DNA from: Macrostomum lignano
Taxonomy: Eukaryota
Reading direction: 5' to 3'
DNA: 64,000 nt
Assembly (NCBI GenBank): GCA_002269645.1
Contig: NIVC01001511.1
Coordinates: forward strand, 298,151-362,150
The notes beneath the pieces are model-generated. The model did no database searches. It was not told the DNA's origin and worked only from the letters and a program-made list of their open reading frames with translations. Every line of letters starts with the position of its first letter. Position 1 is the first letter of the stretch. A program made the position numbers and the translations under genes. Shown here piece after piece: positions 1 through 11,663 of the stretch.

Positions 1-2
1 GC

Positions 3-170
3 AAAATCGAGCGAGAAGCATTGGCAATAAAATGAGGATGCGAGAAATTTTCTCACTTTCTTTAAGGATCAGCCGAATTCAGGATAATAATGGATCATAA
101 ACCTCTACTCGGATGTTTTGAATCAAACTCAAAACCAGCTATCAAGAATTGATCGTTGGGCAATGTGGAG
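3..170 (+). mobile_element. Degenerate Ty3/Gypsy RNase H fragment
   Basis: Manual translation KIEREALAIK*GCEKFSHFL*GSAEFRIIMDHKPLLGCF, then RIDRWAM after a frameshift; matches the EREALA..W...F / TDHKPL / RWAL motifs of Gypsy RNase H; contains stops. Confidence 0.75.
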
Positions 171-263
171 TTGTCGTGTGGCGGCTGACCTCCCAACTTT
201 TGCTTTGTCAGCGGTGTCGCTCTCACCTGCTCAATTTTTGCGCGATGCCCGCTGCTGAGCTAG

Positions 264-660
264 TTGACAATAATCCAGCTGTCTGCATTTTCATCAAGAG
301 TGCGGCGGATTCGAGGGCGGGCGGCTCGTTTGATTGAGTTGTCTCTGGCGGAGTCGACACGGCTGACCTACGAATCTGTCTGGCGAGCCTGGTGTTGTTT
401 CTGTCAAATGCTCAACGAACAACCTGAGCAGCCCACGGTGGAGCTTCTCGTAGAGTCTCGTACGAGTACTCTACCTCTCCTAGCTATATCTCTCTTTGTC
501 TGCTTTAGCTTAAAACTGTACAACTAAGCAGCCGCTACGACTGGGGGATTTGATGCACATTCGCCATCAGCTGCCGTTGTCAGATCCAGCAGATGCCTCT
601 CTGTGGGCTCTCCTGCTCCTAGGCTGGTTCGGCATGCTTCGCTTTAATAATCTGTGTTCA
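264..660 (+). mobile_element. DIRS/Ngaro-like retrotransposon tyrosine recombinase fragment
   Basis: ORF 264-527 LIELSLAESTRLTYESVWRAWCCFC resembles the N-terminal SAM-like integrase domain; ORF 550-834 LWALLLLGWFGMLRFNNL resembles the W...L.FFG.LR.SN catalytic Arg box of DIRS-group YRs. Truncated. Confidence 0.6.
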
Positions 661-2366
661 ATCTGTTGTGGACAAGCTCTGCTATTTGTTTATGCTTTGT
701 ACAAGTGCAAGTGCACATGTGCTTATGTAGCTACGCTTGTATATGCAGCTGGGAAGCTGTCTATGGTGCTGACGGCCCTTTCTTGGGTACAGGCCCTTGG
801 AAGCGACGTGAGGCAAAAAGCCCATGGGAAATAAAATAATAAGAAAAGAAAATAACCAGAGCTGACGCTACGAGCAGACCAAAGTCGGCTGCATTTTTTT
901 TCCACTAAACCTCCGCCTTTTATTTGTTGGCTAAATACACAACACAATCAATAATGTTCGCTTCAATAATCGGGGTGAAAAAGAACCATATATTTACGTT
1001 TTACGAAAACATTCGTTTTTATCGAACCTATGTTTTCATTCTGTAGCATCCGGTTTCCGTAATGAATTCCAGGAATGCTCTTTAGTTCAGAGTTTTGCGC
1101 GAGCGTATATATTTCTTCCTTTTTCCTTTTTCTTCAAGGCAGCTCGCAGCTCAGTACTTAAAAGAAAGTGTCAGAGCAGAATCATAACAAAATAAGTCTA
1201 TGGCCGAAAAGAGAGACACACGTAGGATCATATACCACATATGTCACCCCTTTGAAAAAAATCGTTAACTCCCTGTACGTTTTTTTAGATCGCATTTTCC
1301 GCGATAAAATAGTATTCAGATCACGGTTCCTCGAGGCCTCAATCGCGTTTCAGTTAGTGGCACGTCCTCATGCTGATAGCGACGTCGACGTGCTAACGGC
1401 TTGATGATCTTGGTAGCTTGATCCGGTTGTGGAACAGGTTGACATTTGTCCAACTGTGTTGCCTTTTCTCCGGGTTGAGGCTTGCCGATTAAATGTTCCA
1501 GTACCTCGTCCTTGATCGTCTGCGGTTGCTCTGCAGCACTAGCAGGCAGTACGAGTATGTGATCCACATGTCGCTTCCAGACCATGGGGCCCACCTTCAC
1601 TAGATATGACAGCGGGGCTCGGCGTCGAAGGATTTTTCCCGCAGCCCATTTGTCCTCCGCTTGTCTTCTAAAGTCCAACATTAGCACATTGTCGCCTCGC
1701 TTGAACTCTGATCTTCGGACTGGCCTTGCGTCATGTTGCATTTTCTGTTGATGCTGCTTCTCGGCGACTCGCTGGTCCGTGTCTGGATGCAGTATGCTGA
1801 GTTTGATTCGTATTGAGTATTTGAGCATCATTTCAGCAGCTAGGAGACTTCCCAGTAGTAGAATGGGGCGTCATGCGGTATCGTGCCAAGAAGGCATTAA
1901 TGTTTTCTATAGCATCATGGCTTCTCTTCATCTCAGCCCTTAAAGCTCGCTTTGCTGTTTGCACCATCCGTTCGGCTTGCCCATTTGAGCTTGGATGCCA
2001 AATTGATGTTAGAACTTGTACAATTCCGCGACTTCTTAAGTAGTCCTTGAACTCCTTTGCAGTAAATTGGGATCCGTTGTCTGTAAGGATCTGCTTCGGA
2101 TATCCGTAACGAGCGAACGTCTCTTGGAGTCTGTTGATGGTGTTATAAGTGGTCGCCGATCTCATTGGGAAGATTTCCACCCATTTTGCTGTGGCGTCCA
2201 CGAGCAACAGCCAAGTATATCCGTAGCATGGGCCAAAAAAGTCTAAGTGCAGTCGATTGCATGGCTTCTCTGGCCAATTGAGAGGCTGTAGCGGTGCTTG
2301 TGCAGGCAGGTTGCGTTGCGATTAACATCCTGTAGATATAGCCAGGCAATTTTCTATATCATTATC

Positions 2367-5300
2367 TGTTGCACATTATAGCCCTAAAGTATAAAGGGCA
2401 CTTTTATTTACAAAGTAATTGTATACTTGATTTATTTCAAGTGCCATAGACGACTCACGGCTGCCTACGCTGCCCAACTACGGGCCGGGGAGCCGTCGAT
2501 TAATAAGGCACAAATAAAATAGAAGAAAAGTCCAACAGAAAGGACACCGATAAAATGGACTCAGTTCAGCCCTTACAAAACAAACGGACCTCGACTTCAT
2601 CTCCGTCAACCTGCATAAAGACATTATGCTTGCGTCGCAAGCATAAGAATGAGCAAGGACACCGGCACTACAAGTTCGCAAGTAAAATCGCCTGCTGCAA
2701 AGTCACCTGCTATGGGAGCTGCTAAAACAGCGTCTAAGGATCCATCTAAAGGGAAAACACCATCCAAGTCACCGGTTCGAGACACCATCAACGTACATCA
2801 GCAGTTGGCTGGCTACCAGTTTAATGACGACTCTTTAATCGCGCTACGACTCAAATGGCAGACATTGAAAAGCTGGAAGATGGCAGAATGTTTCAGCAGC
2901 GTTGGCTAGACCGCTTCTTAATCGCTTCTCGATTGTACAGATGGACTAGAGACGACATGGCGCAGGTTCTGCTAATGAGACTTTCTCCAGCATTGTATGA
3001 CAGTCTCGCCGACCACCTGTCCTCGGATGGGCCTAGCTCGAAGAACTTTGAACAACTGGAAAAAGCTCTAAAGGAGATTTTGCAACCACAAACCTACGCA
3101 CTGGCTGAGCGTTTCACCTTTCAAAGCCTGAAACGTGAACCGATGGAATCTGTTAGATTATTTGCTGAGCGCTTGCTGAAAGCATCAGACAGGTGCCTGT
3201 TTTCCAATAGAGAGGAGCGCTTTCGAGATCAGTTAATTTTTGGCTTAAATGACAAGGCGATAATAGCCAAGCTGCTAGTGAAGGATCATGAAGATCTCAC
3301 CTTCAAAATGGCAGTCTCAGAAGCCGCAGCGATTCTAGCTCTATAAGACACTAAAATACTGCAATCTGCCGCAGCACCTCGATCTGAGCAGATCATGAAA
3401 GTGGGGAAGCAAGCATCGCTGAAATCGAGGAGGCCGGCTGACAGGAAGTCCACTGCATCTAACTTCGCAAGCAGTTTCCGTTGCACGAGGTGTGGCGGCG
3501 GTCACAAGAACAAGTCCAAGTGCCCAGCCATCGGCAAGATTTGTCGTAAATGCGGGAAGACAAACCACTTCGAAAAGCAGTGCAAATCGAAAGTCGAGAG
3601 TCAACACCATTTAGCTCAAATAGAAGACGCTCTAGCGGCTGACGTTTTGGCAGTTGTGAACTGCTTGGCATCCAGTGGAAGGTCGTGTCCGACCATCCAG
3701 CTGTTGTGCTTCATAAATGGTCAGAGCAGACAGATTCAGTGCCAAATTGATACAGGAGCTACTGTGTCTGTCATGTCGAGCAATCTCTGGAGAAGCCTGG
3801 GTAGGCCGCAGCTACAACCTAGCAAGGCTGTGCTGGTCGGCTACACTGATGACCACAAGTTCAAACTTCTAGGTCAACTTGAGCTACAGGCTGTCTGGAG
3901 CGGTGGTCCGATTAGCGTCACGTTCCACGTCGTGGCATCCAATCGAAGCTTCGCCTTACTGGGGCGAGATGTGGTGCACGTTGACCTGGAGGCAATATCA
4001 ATTGGGCACTCACATGTGCTGGATTCCGGACAGGAGTTGCCCCCGATTGATGCCCAAATAAGGTTCATGGCACACTTACAGCTCAAGGATGACGCCACAC
4101 CAAGGTACATTAAAGCACGCCCGGTCCCGTTTGCTTTAAAGGACAAGCTTCGATCTGAATTGGACGAGCTCCTAAAGGACGGAATCATCGAACCAGTGAA
4201 GTTCTCAAACTGGGCGTCACCAATTGTGCTCATCCAAAAGCTGGAAGGCGGTGTTAGACTGTGTGTGGATTACAAGCAAACGGTAAATCCCCAGCTTGTC
4301 AACGACAGCTACCCGTCACCGACTCCAGAGGAGGCTTTTTCAGCTGTCACGGGTTGTAAAGTCTACTCTATCTTGGATTTAAAAAAGGCCTATTATCAAA
4401 GAGTTAGATGAAGCATCAAAGGAGCTAACAGTTATGGCCACTCCGTTCGGAAATTTCCGCTACAATCGTTTAGTTTTCGGAATCAAAACAGCGCCAAGTG
4501 TTTTTCAGTGGTTTATCTCTGAGGTGATTCAAAAAATTCCAGGAGCCGTGGCATATGTCGATGAAATATTGATTGGTGGCCTGACAAAGCAAGAACTGCA
4601 AAAACGAGAGTCAGCGGTCAGGACCCAGTTGGCACGTTATGAGCTCAAGATCAACGAGTCGAAATACCAAATAGCTAAAGACCGTGTGCGATTTCTTGGA
4701 TTTGTCTTAGAAGCTGGCACAATTAAGCCAAGTGAGGAGAAAGTACGAGCCATTCGGGAGATGGCAGCTCCTAAAAACATCGCTGAATTAGAATCGTTCA
4801 TTGGAATGGTGAAATTCTCAGGCCGTTTTATTAGAAATCTGGCTGACCTGATCGAGCCGCTGTCAAAGCTGCGACGCAATGGTAGCGAGTTCATGTGGAC
4901 TGGCGCACAAGAGACAGCGTTCAAGAAAATCAAAGCTGCTCTGTCTAAAGAAACCATGCTGGCGACCTATAACCCCAAGAAGCATCTAGAGCTTGAGTGC
5001 GATGCGTCTCCGGTTGCGATTGGAGCAGCGCTCAGTCAAGATGGGTTGCCAATCACATTCATCAGCAAGGTTCTGTCACCGGCAGAAAGAAAGTATTCCC
5101 AGATAGAGCGAGAAGCTCTAGCTATAGTGTGGGCGGTGAGGCGTTGCCACAGATTCCTTTTCGGACGCGAGTTTTCGCTTGTTACGGATCATCGGCCGCT
5201 CACGTTCATCTTCGGCCACGATAGCCAGCTGCCAGAGCGCGTGTCCGCAAGGCTCCAGAGGTGGGCCATCACGCTATCTGGGTATGGCTACACCATCAGC

Positions 5301-7017
5301 TACAGAAAATCAGCTGAGATGAGGTCCGACGCGCTATCAAGACTGGTTATGTGTACCAACACAGCTACAACACATCACGTTGGACATGTGCCTGTTTGCG
5401 AAGGATCTCTGTTACATTGGCAGGAGCTAAATTCACACACAGAGAAGTGCCAAGAGCTAAAAAAACTGATTGACGCTATACGGACAGGATGCTTCCGTGC
5501 TAAGGAGGTCAAAGCATATAAGCCAATCGCGGATGAACTTTCTGTCGAAAACGGTTTAGTGATTCGAGGAAACAAGCTGGTTGTTCCACTGTCGATAAGA
5601 AGTAAAGCTATTTCAGCTGCGCACTGTGTGCACCTCGGCATAGCGCGGACTAAGTCTTTACTTCGGGAAAATTATTGGTGGCCTGGCATCGATAAGATGG
5701 TAGAGCTAGTACGAGCTAGTTGGAAGTTGCAGCGTGTGCAGAATGGCAAAACCGAGAAACAAGAATTTTAGAGCACCTTGGCCAGAGCCGGAAGGACCAT
5801 GGACTAGAGTGCATATGGATTTCGCAGGGTCAATTGATGGAAGTTATCTTCTAATCCTGATTGATGCATTCTCGGGCTATCCTGAGGTACACCTGACGAA
5901 AGACATGCGATCATCTACGGTTGTCAGTAGGCTGCGACGAACGTTCTCTCAACTAGGAGTACCGAACCAACTGGTAACAGATAACGGCCCGAGTTTTGTC
6001 AGCGAAGAGACACGCCAATGGCTGGCCAGGGTAGGTGGCAACTTGATCACGACGCCCGCGTACCACCCGCAAAGCAACGGGCTGGCGGAACGTTTCGTTC
6101 GGACGATAAAAGAGGCCATTCGAGCAAACGGACTTAGCCAAACCGTCATAGATCGCTACTTGCTGTTCTACCGAGCATCGGGTGACAAGTCTAGAGCATC
6201 ACCCGCAGAGCTGATGTTTGGCAGAAAGATTCGAGCACCTTTGCTCACCGGCAATACCACCTGGGCACCTGGAGAACACCTCATCTACAGGGCAGGGCAA
6301 CGAGTTCAAGAAGCTTCGCTTGTCTGTCCTACGGGAGCAAATACGGCTACAATCAAAGTGGGGCCTGATCAGTACAAAAAAAGCTCACTTGGACCAGCTA
6401 CAGAGGCACAGTCCCAAGCAGATCCACCGAGAAATTGAAGAGCTCGAGACCGACGCCACGGCAGACCGAGCCACCGAGAAAGGGGCATCGGATAGCAGTC
6501 AAGGCGCCGGCAGAATCTCGAGCGCAGCTTCTCAAGCCGATATTTCAAAGCAACTACCACCCATTGACGACTTCGGAGAAACCACCCCTGATGAACATCG
6601 GGAGTTATCAGCGCCCAGTCCGCTAGCGACGTCTAACGAGCCAGGTCTGAGGAGAAGTCAGCGTTTGTGCAATAAGCCATGCATTAACTACAAGGAATGA
6701 ACTTTGTGCACTCGTTTGAACCGTTGACACGATAAGTTCATTTTGTAAAAGAAGGGAGGTGTTGCATATTATAGCCCTAAAGTATAAAGGGCACTTTTAT
6801 TTACCAAGTAATTGTATACTTGATTTATTTCAAGTACCATAGACGACTCACGGCTGCCTACGCACTACGGGCCGGGGAGCCGTCGATTAATAAGGCACAA
6901 ATAAAATAAAGGAAAAAAGTCCATCAGAAAGGACACCGAGAAAAGGGACTCAGTTCACTCCTTGCTAAACAAACAGACCTCGACTTCATTTCCGTCAACC
7001 TGCATAAAGACATAACA
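2367..7017 (+). mobile_element. Full-length Ty3/Gypsy (Mag-like) LTR retrotransposon A, disrupted gag-pol
   Basis: LTRs 2367-2628 and 6760-7017 (roughly 90-93% alike by eye); TSD TTATC at 2362-2366 and 7018-7022; PPT AAAAGAAGGGAGG 6747-6759. Gag (2649-3346), CCHC pairs, protease IDTGA, RT YVDE, RNase H and integrase lie in broken ORFs 3395-4411, 4434-5771, 5734-6438. Confidence 0.95.
2649..6700 (+). pseudogene. gag-pol of element A (stop at 3346, frameshifts near 2850, 4405, 5740, 6400)
   Basis: Consecutive ORFs are collinear with the intact 1305-aa polyprotein of element B (MSKD start; WLDRF; AERFTFQ; RDQ.I.GL). Confidence 0.88.
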
Positions 7018-7260
7018 TTATCAATGCCTGGGTACCATAAGTGCATCTTGCCCGCGACTTCACGCCCACAATTCCGGAGTGTCCTTCATGCAGCAGCTGC
7101 AGAATCTGACTTCTTGACACTGATGGAATTATTAGCCGAATTCCCCCAGAATAGAACTCCGGCTATGAAATGGCTTTAACTCTGCCTCCACTGATTCTGG
7201 CCAACCAGCTCTGCAGTAGCGAAGAACTCGCGACAGTAAGGGGTCATTCGAAGTGGCTCT

Positions 7261-10200
7261 TGTTATGACTTCTTCTCTAGCGGAAGACAGTGAGTCAAGA
7301 TCAACAAGGTCAACTTAAAAGTTGCACTCTTAGCAGAGCGTCTTATTTCATGTTCGTAACTTTTTTTTTATTTTCCAAGCTTGAAGCATCGCTTCTTTAG
7401 CTTATGGCTGGGTGTGTGTGCGACGGAGTCGTCTATGGCCACACCCAACATCTCCCCTCTTACAATGGCAAAGAAATTTTTTTTAAGTTAATGCGGGGGA
7501 ACAAATTTTAGCACTTATAGTTAACTTTGGGTTTCTCCGAAAGTCGCATGCTTCTCCTGGGTTCAATAGTATCCTCGGGAACCTCAGGGATCGGAGGTGT
7601 ACGCAGCCCCTCTTTTTGTGGAGGCTCCTCTTCTTGTTTTCTCCCTGCCGCGTGCTCGCCAGCTCCGGGTGGCATTCTGTCGGTTTCTGTGGGCTCCTCG
7701 CCGGTTAGACTGTACGGATGTAGCTGATCCAAGTGAACCTTCCGATACTTTGAGTTCGGTTCATCTGTCTTGATCATGGCCATGCTCCTTCCGATAGGCA
7801 AAAGCAGTTTTGCAGTGATTGGCTTGTCTCTCTCATTTTTGTAGATAACTGGATCCTCCAGTCCAACTTGCCTCTTGGTAAACGGAACCCTGAGCTTGTG
7901 CCCCAGCAGCTGTTCCGCTGGTGACGATCCCGCTTTGTTGTCTGATGCGCGATAAAACAGCAAGAAGCGGTCAACAGACTCTTGACTGAAGCCATTTGCT
8001 TTGATGCTTTCTTTTAGCGTGCGTACGAAACGCTCTGCAACCCCATTACTTTGTGGGTGATAAGCTGCAATAGTTAGGTGCTCACAGTCAATTCCTGCCA
8101 ACCACTCCGTAAACTCCTTGCTGATAAAGCATGGTCCGTTATCTGACACAAGTGTCCTTGGAATTCCAAGCTGAGAAAACGTCCTCCTGAGACACTGAAT
8201 GACCGTTCGAGAAGTCATATCTTTGGTGACGTGGACTTCAGGATACCCGCTGTACGAATCTACCAGAACGAGCATGTAGTGGTTGTCGATCGGTCCTGCA
8301 AAGTCGATATGAACACGATCCCAAGGACCCGCAGCTTCAGGCCAACTGGAGCGAAAATTCCTATTTTGCGGTTTTGCGGTCCTACAGATCTGGCACAAAC
8401 CGACTGTCCGTTCGATATCGCTGTCCATGGCTGGCCACCAAAACTCCGCACGAGCCAAGGACTTGGTGCGGGACATTCCCAAATGAACTTCGTGCACTGC
8501 TGCAATCGCTTTCATGCGTAAGGATTTTGGAATAACGATCCTGTGGCCTCGAAGAATAACATCGTCCTGAACGCAAAGTTCTTCTCGCACATTTTTGAAA
8601 GGTCGCAGCCTAGGGTGTTTGAAGCTTCCTGTCTTTATAGCGCTCTTCAGCAAGCGCATTTCGTTACACCGCTTAGTTGCTAGCCTGATTTCTTCCAGAG
8701 ACACTGTAGTTGAAACCGTGTGAATGTTACCAATCTCTAGCGTTTCACCGCTTCTTCCTTGCGGAACCAATCTTGAGAGCGCGTCAGATGCCATAGCTTT
8801 AGATTTACGATACTCGATCTCGTAATCGTACGCCGTGAGAAATATCGCCCATCTCTGCAGCCTTGCGGACACTCTCGATGGTAGCTCTTTGTCACAGGCT
8901 AAGATGTAAACGAGAGGTCGATGGTCGGTTATTAGCTTAAATTTTCTACCACAGAGAAAACGATGACATCTTCTAACACCCCATATTATCGCAAGCGCTT
9001 CTCGCTCTATTTGCGAATAATTTCGCTCCGATGATGACAAAAGTTTGCTGATGTACAAGGCAGGACGTCCTTGCTGACTCAGGACACCACCAAGGGCAAT
9101 CTGCGAAGCGTCTACTTCGAGCTCAACCGGTAGCTTTGGGTCGTACGCATGCAAAGCAGCGTCTTCTGAAAGTGATTTCTGGATGTTTCTGAACGCATCT
9201 TGTTCTTTTGTGCCCCAACGAAACTCCACACCTTTGCGCTTCAGGTGCACCAACGGAGCCGATTTTCCAGAAAGGTTTGGAATGAATCGCGAGCAGAACG
9301 TAATCAGTCCGAGGAAGGATTCTAACTCGGAAAGATTCTTCGGAGTTTCCATTTCTTTGATCGCCCGCACTTTCTCTCCATCAGGATAAATGCGACCGCT
9401 GTCCAGAATATGACCCAAAAACCGGACTCGAGATAAGTTCCGTTGGCATTTCTGATCATTTACCTTTAGCCCTTCCGATGCTAGACGGTAAAGTACTTGT
9501 TCTTCGCGTCCTTTCAACTCTGACTCATCGCTTCCACCAATTAATATATCGTCCATGTACGCTATTGTTCCGGGAATACCTTGGATCACTTGCGATATAT
9601 ACCGTTGGAAAATACTCGGAGCCGTTTTTATTCCAAACACAAGTTTATTGTACTTAAAATTTCCAAATGGTGTCGACATCACGGTTAGCGGTTTAGATGC
9701 ATCGTCCAGCTCTACTTGGTTGTACGCTTTCTCTAGATCGATGATACTGTACCGAAAACATCCCGCCACTGTTGAGAACGCTTCCTCTGGGGTCGGTGTC
9801 GGGTAGCTATCCGGGACCAGCTGTGGATTAAGCGTACTCTTATAGTCCACACATAGCCTGATACTGCCGTTGGGCTTGCCGACTACCACGACTGGAGACG
9901 CCCATTCCGAGAATTTCACAGCTTCGATTATACCCTCATCAAGTAAGCGATCCAATTCCTTTTTTACTGCTTCACGTTGAGCAAATGGTAACGGTCTTGC
10001 TTTTACATACTTGGGTACTGCTCCGTCTTTAAGTTCCAAATGAGCTTTCATTGTAGTTGCACTTGCTGCCAGAGATGCCATATCCATGGAGACTTCCCCA
10101 TTATGTCCTGTGTCCAGCTGTACACAGAGAACATCTCGCCCCAGCAAGGCATAGCTCTTGCTGCCTTTCACTACCTCAAAGTCGATGCGCTGATATTTTC

Positions 10201-11663
10201 CATTCAGTTCTACCACAGCTTCGTATCGACCTAATACCGTGAACTTGTGATCACTTACATAGCCACCCAGTTGTGTATTTGAGTTCTTAAGAGCTGGTCG
10301 ACCCAACTGTTTCCAGAGGGATTCTGACATTATGGACACACCCGCTCCAGTATCCAGCTCGCATGTCAGCGCGTATCTCTTTTGCCCTTCTAGTACGGAC
10401 ACTGTGATGGAGATAGGCTTTCGGTGATCCCGATCTGGGCAGCAACTTTGCACTTCAGCGACAAATACCTCGGAATTTTCTTGAACATGTTTTACTGTTG
10501 ATTTACTCGTGCCACCGGTCTTTCTATGTGAAAACTCAGAGCCTCTGCAGGCTTTGGCAAAATGATTAGCCTTGCCACACCGGTTGCAGGTCTTACCATA
10601 CGCTGGGCATTTAAACTTTTCATGATTGCCGCCACACTTCTTGCACAGCCGATCCGCCACTGCCGGAGTTTTGAAATCCTTCGACTTGGACCCTGGTTTC
10701 CGCGTTGAGACTTTCAGAACTGTTCCAGAATCTGATTTCGGAGCTGTCTTCATTATCTGCGTTTCCAGCAAACTTGAATGGGCTTCTGCTTCTGCTACCG
10801 CCTCTTTAAATGTGAGTGTTTTATGATCCTTGATGATCAGCTTTCCAACTATGGCTTGACTGCCAAGACCGCATATGAATTGGTCACGCATTCTCACATC
10901 TCTGTTTTCAAACTCACATTTCTCAGATGCTTTTATTAGTCTTTCTGCAAAAGCTCTTACCGGCTCATTGGGTTCACGGCCAATTTTTTGAAATGTAAAT
11001 CTTTCGGCCAACACATATGTCGTGGGTATTAACAGTTCTTGTAGTGCTCCTGTTAGTTCCTCAAACGACATCTTGCCAGGCTTCTTTGGAGACACATAGT
11101 CCGCTAGCTTATTGTAGAGAGCAGGTGACATTCGCATCAGCAGGACATGAGCTCGTGCAGATGCGTCCCAGTTAAATAAGGTGGCTCCGATCTCAAAACG
11201 GTCGAGCCAACGATCCAGAATGGTTGACTCCTCCAACCTTTCAATCTCAGACATACCTGAGGTTTGCCGACTGCTCTGAGTGGCGTTCTGGGCTTGAGCA
11301 TCCCTTTCAGTTGCTTGGGACTGTGACCGGTTTTGAGAACCTCCTCCATTACGGCTTGGAGAGATCCCAGCAGACTTGGCCGCTGACTTCGTCGGATCTG
11401 CAGACTTCGTCGGATCCTTGCTCATTATGAGCTTGAACGTCTGACCGTCAGGTTACGATTGCTTGCGACGCCACTGTTATGACTTCTTCTCTAGCGGAAG
11501 ACAGTGAGTCAAGATCAACAAGGTCAACTTAAAAGTTGCACTCTTAGCAGAGCGTCTTATTTCATGTTCGTAACTTTTTTTTATTTTCCAAGCTTGAAGC
11601 ATCGCTTCTTTAGCTTATGGCTGGGTGTGTGTGCGACGGAGTCGTCTATGGCCACACCCAACA
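7261..11663 (-). mobile_element. Intact, very recent Ty3/Gypsy (Mag-like) LTR retrotransposon B
   Basis: LTRs 7261-7450 and 11475-11663 identical except one T in a poly-T run; TG..CA ends; TSD GCTCT at 7256-7260 and 11664-11668; PBS TGGCGTCGCAAGCA next to the 5' LTR; PPT AAGAGGGGAGA 7451-7461. Confidence 0.97.
7508..11425 (-). CDS. Gag-Pol polyprotein (gag, 2x CCHC, aspartic protease, RT, RNase H, integrase), 1305 aa
   Basis: Uninterrupted ORF: CKKCGGNHEKFKC / CNRCGKANHFAKAC, LDTGA, YMDD, EREALAIIWG..TDHRPL, HEVHLG..C..C, IDFAG..SDNGPCF..AERFVRTLK. Confidence 0.97.
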   Translation of the reverse strand: MSKDPTKSADPTKSAAKSAGISPSRNGGGSQNRSQSQATERDAQAQNATQSSRQTSGMSEIERLEESTILDRWLDRFEIGATLFNWDASARAHVLLMRMSPALYNKLADYVSPKKPGKMSFEELTGALQELLIPTTYVLAERFTFQKIGREPNEPVRAFAERLIKASEKCEFENRDVRMRDQFICGLGSQAIVGKLIIKDHKTLTFKEAVAEAEAHSSLLETQIMKTAPKSDSGTVLKVSTRKPGSKSKDFKTPAVADRLCKKCGGNHEKFKCPAYGKTCNRCGKANHFAKACRGSEFSHRKTGGTSKSTVKHVQENSEVFVAEVQSCCPDRDHRKPISITVSVLEGQKRYALTCELDTGAGVSIMSESLWKQLGRPALKNSNTQLGGYVSDHKFTVLGRYEAVVELNGKYQRIDFEVVKGSKSYALLGRDVLCVQLDTGHNGEVSMDMASLAASATTMKAHLELKDGAVPKYVKARPLPFAQREAVKKELDRLLDEGIIEAVKFSEWASPVVVVGKPNGSIRLCVDYKSTLNPQLVPDSYPTPTPEEAFSTVAGCFRYSIIDLEKAYNQVELDDASKPLTVMSTPFGNFKYNKLVFGIKTAPSIFQRYISQVIQGIPGTIAYMDDILIGGSDESELKGREEQVLYRLASEGLKVNDQKCQRNLSRVRFLGHILDSGRIYPDGEKVRAIKEMETPKNLSELESFLGLITFCSRFIPNLSGKSAPLVHLKRKGVEFRWGTKEQDAFRNIQKSLSEDAALHAYDPKLPVELEVDASQIALGGVLSQQGRPALYISKLLSSSERNYSQIEREALAIIWGVRRCHRFLCGRKFKLITDHRPLVYILACDKELPSRVSARLQRWAIFLTAYDYEIEYRKSKAMASDALSRLVPQGRSGETLEIGNIHTVSTTVSLEEIRLATKRCNEMRLLKSAIKTGSFKHPRLRPFKNVREELCVQDDVILRGHRIVIPKSLRMKAIAAVHEVHLGMSRTKSLARAEFWWPAMDSDIERTVGLCQICRTAKPQNRNFRSSWPEAAGPWDRVHIDFAGPIDNHYMLVLVDSYSGYPEVHVTKDMTSRTVIQCLRRTFSQLGIPRTLVSDNGPCFISKEFTEWLAGIDCEHLTIAAYHPQSNGVAERFVRTLKESIKANGFSQESVDRFLLFYRASDNKAGSSPAEQLLGHKLRVPFTKRQVGLEDPVIYKNERDKPITAKLLLPIGRSMAMIKTDEPNSKYRKVHLDQLHPYSLTGEEPTETDRMPPGAGEHAAGRKQEEEPPQKEGLRTPPIPEVPEDTIEPRRSMRLSEKPKVNYKC

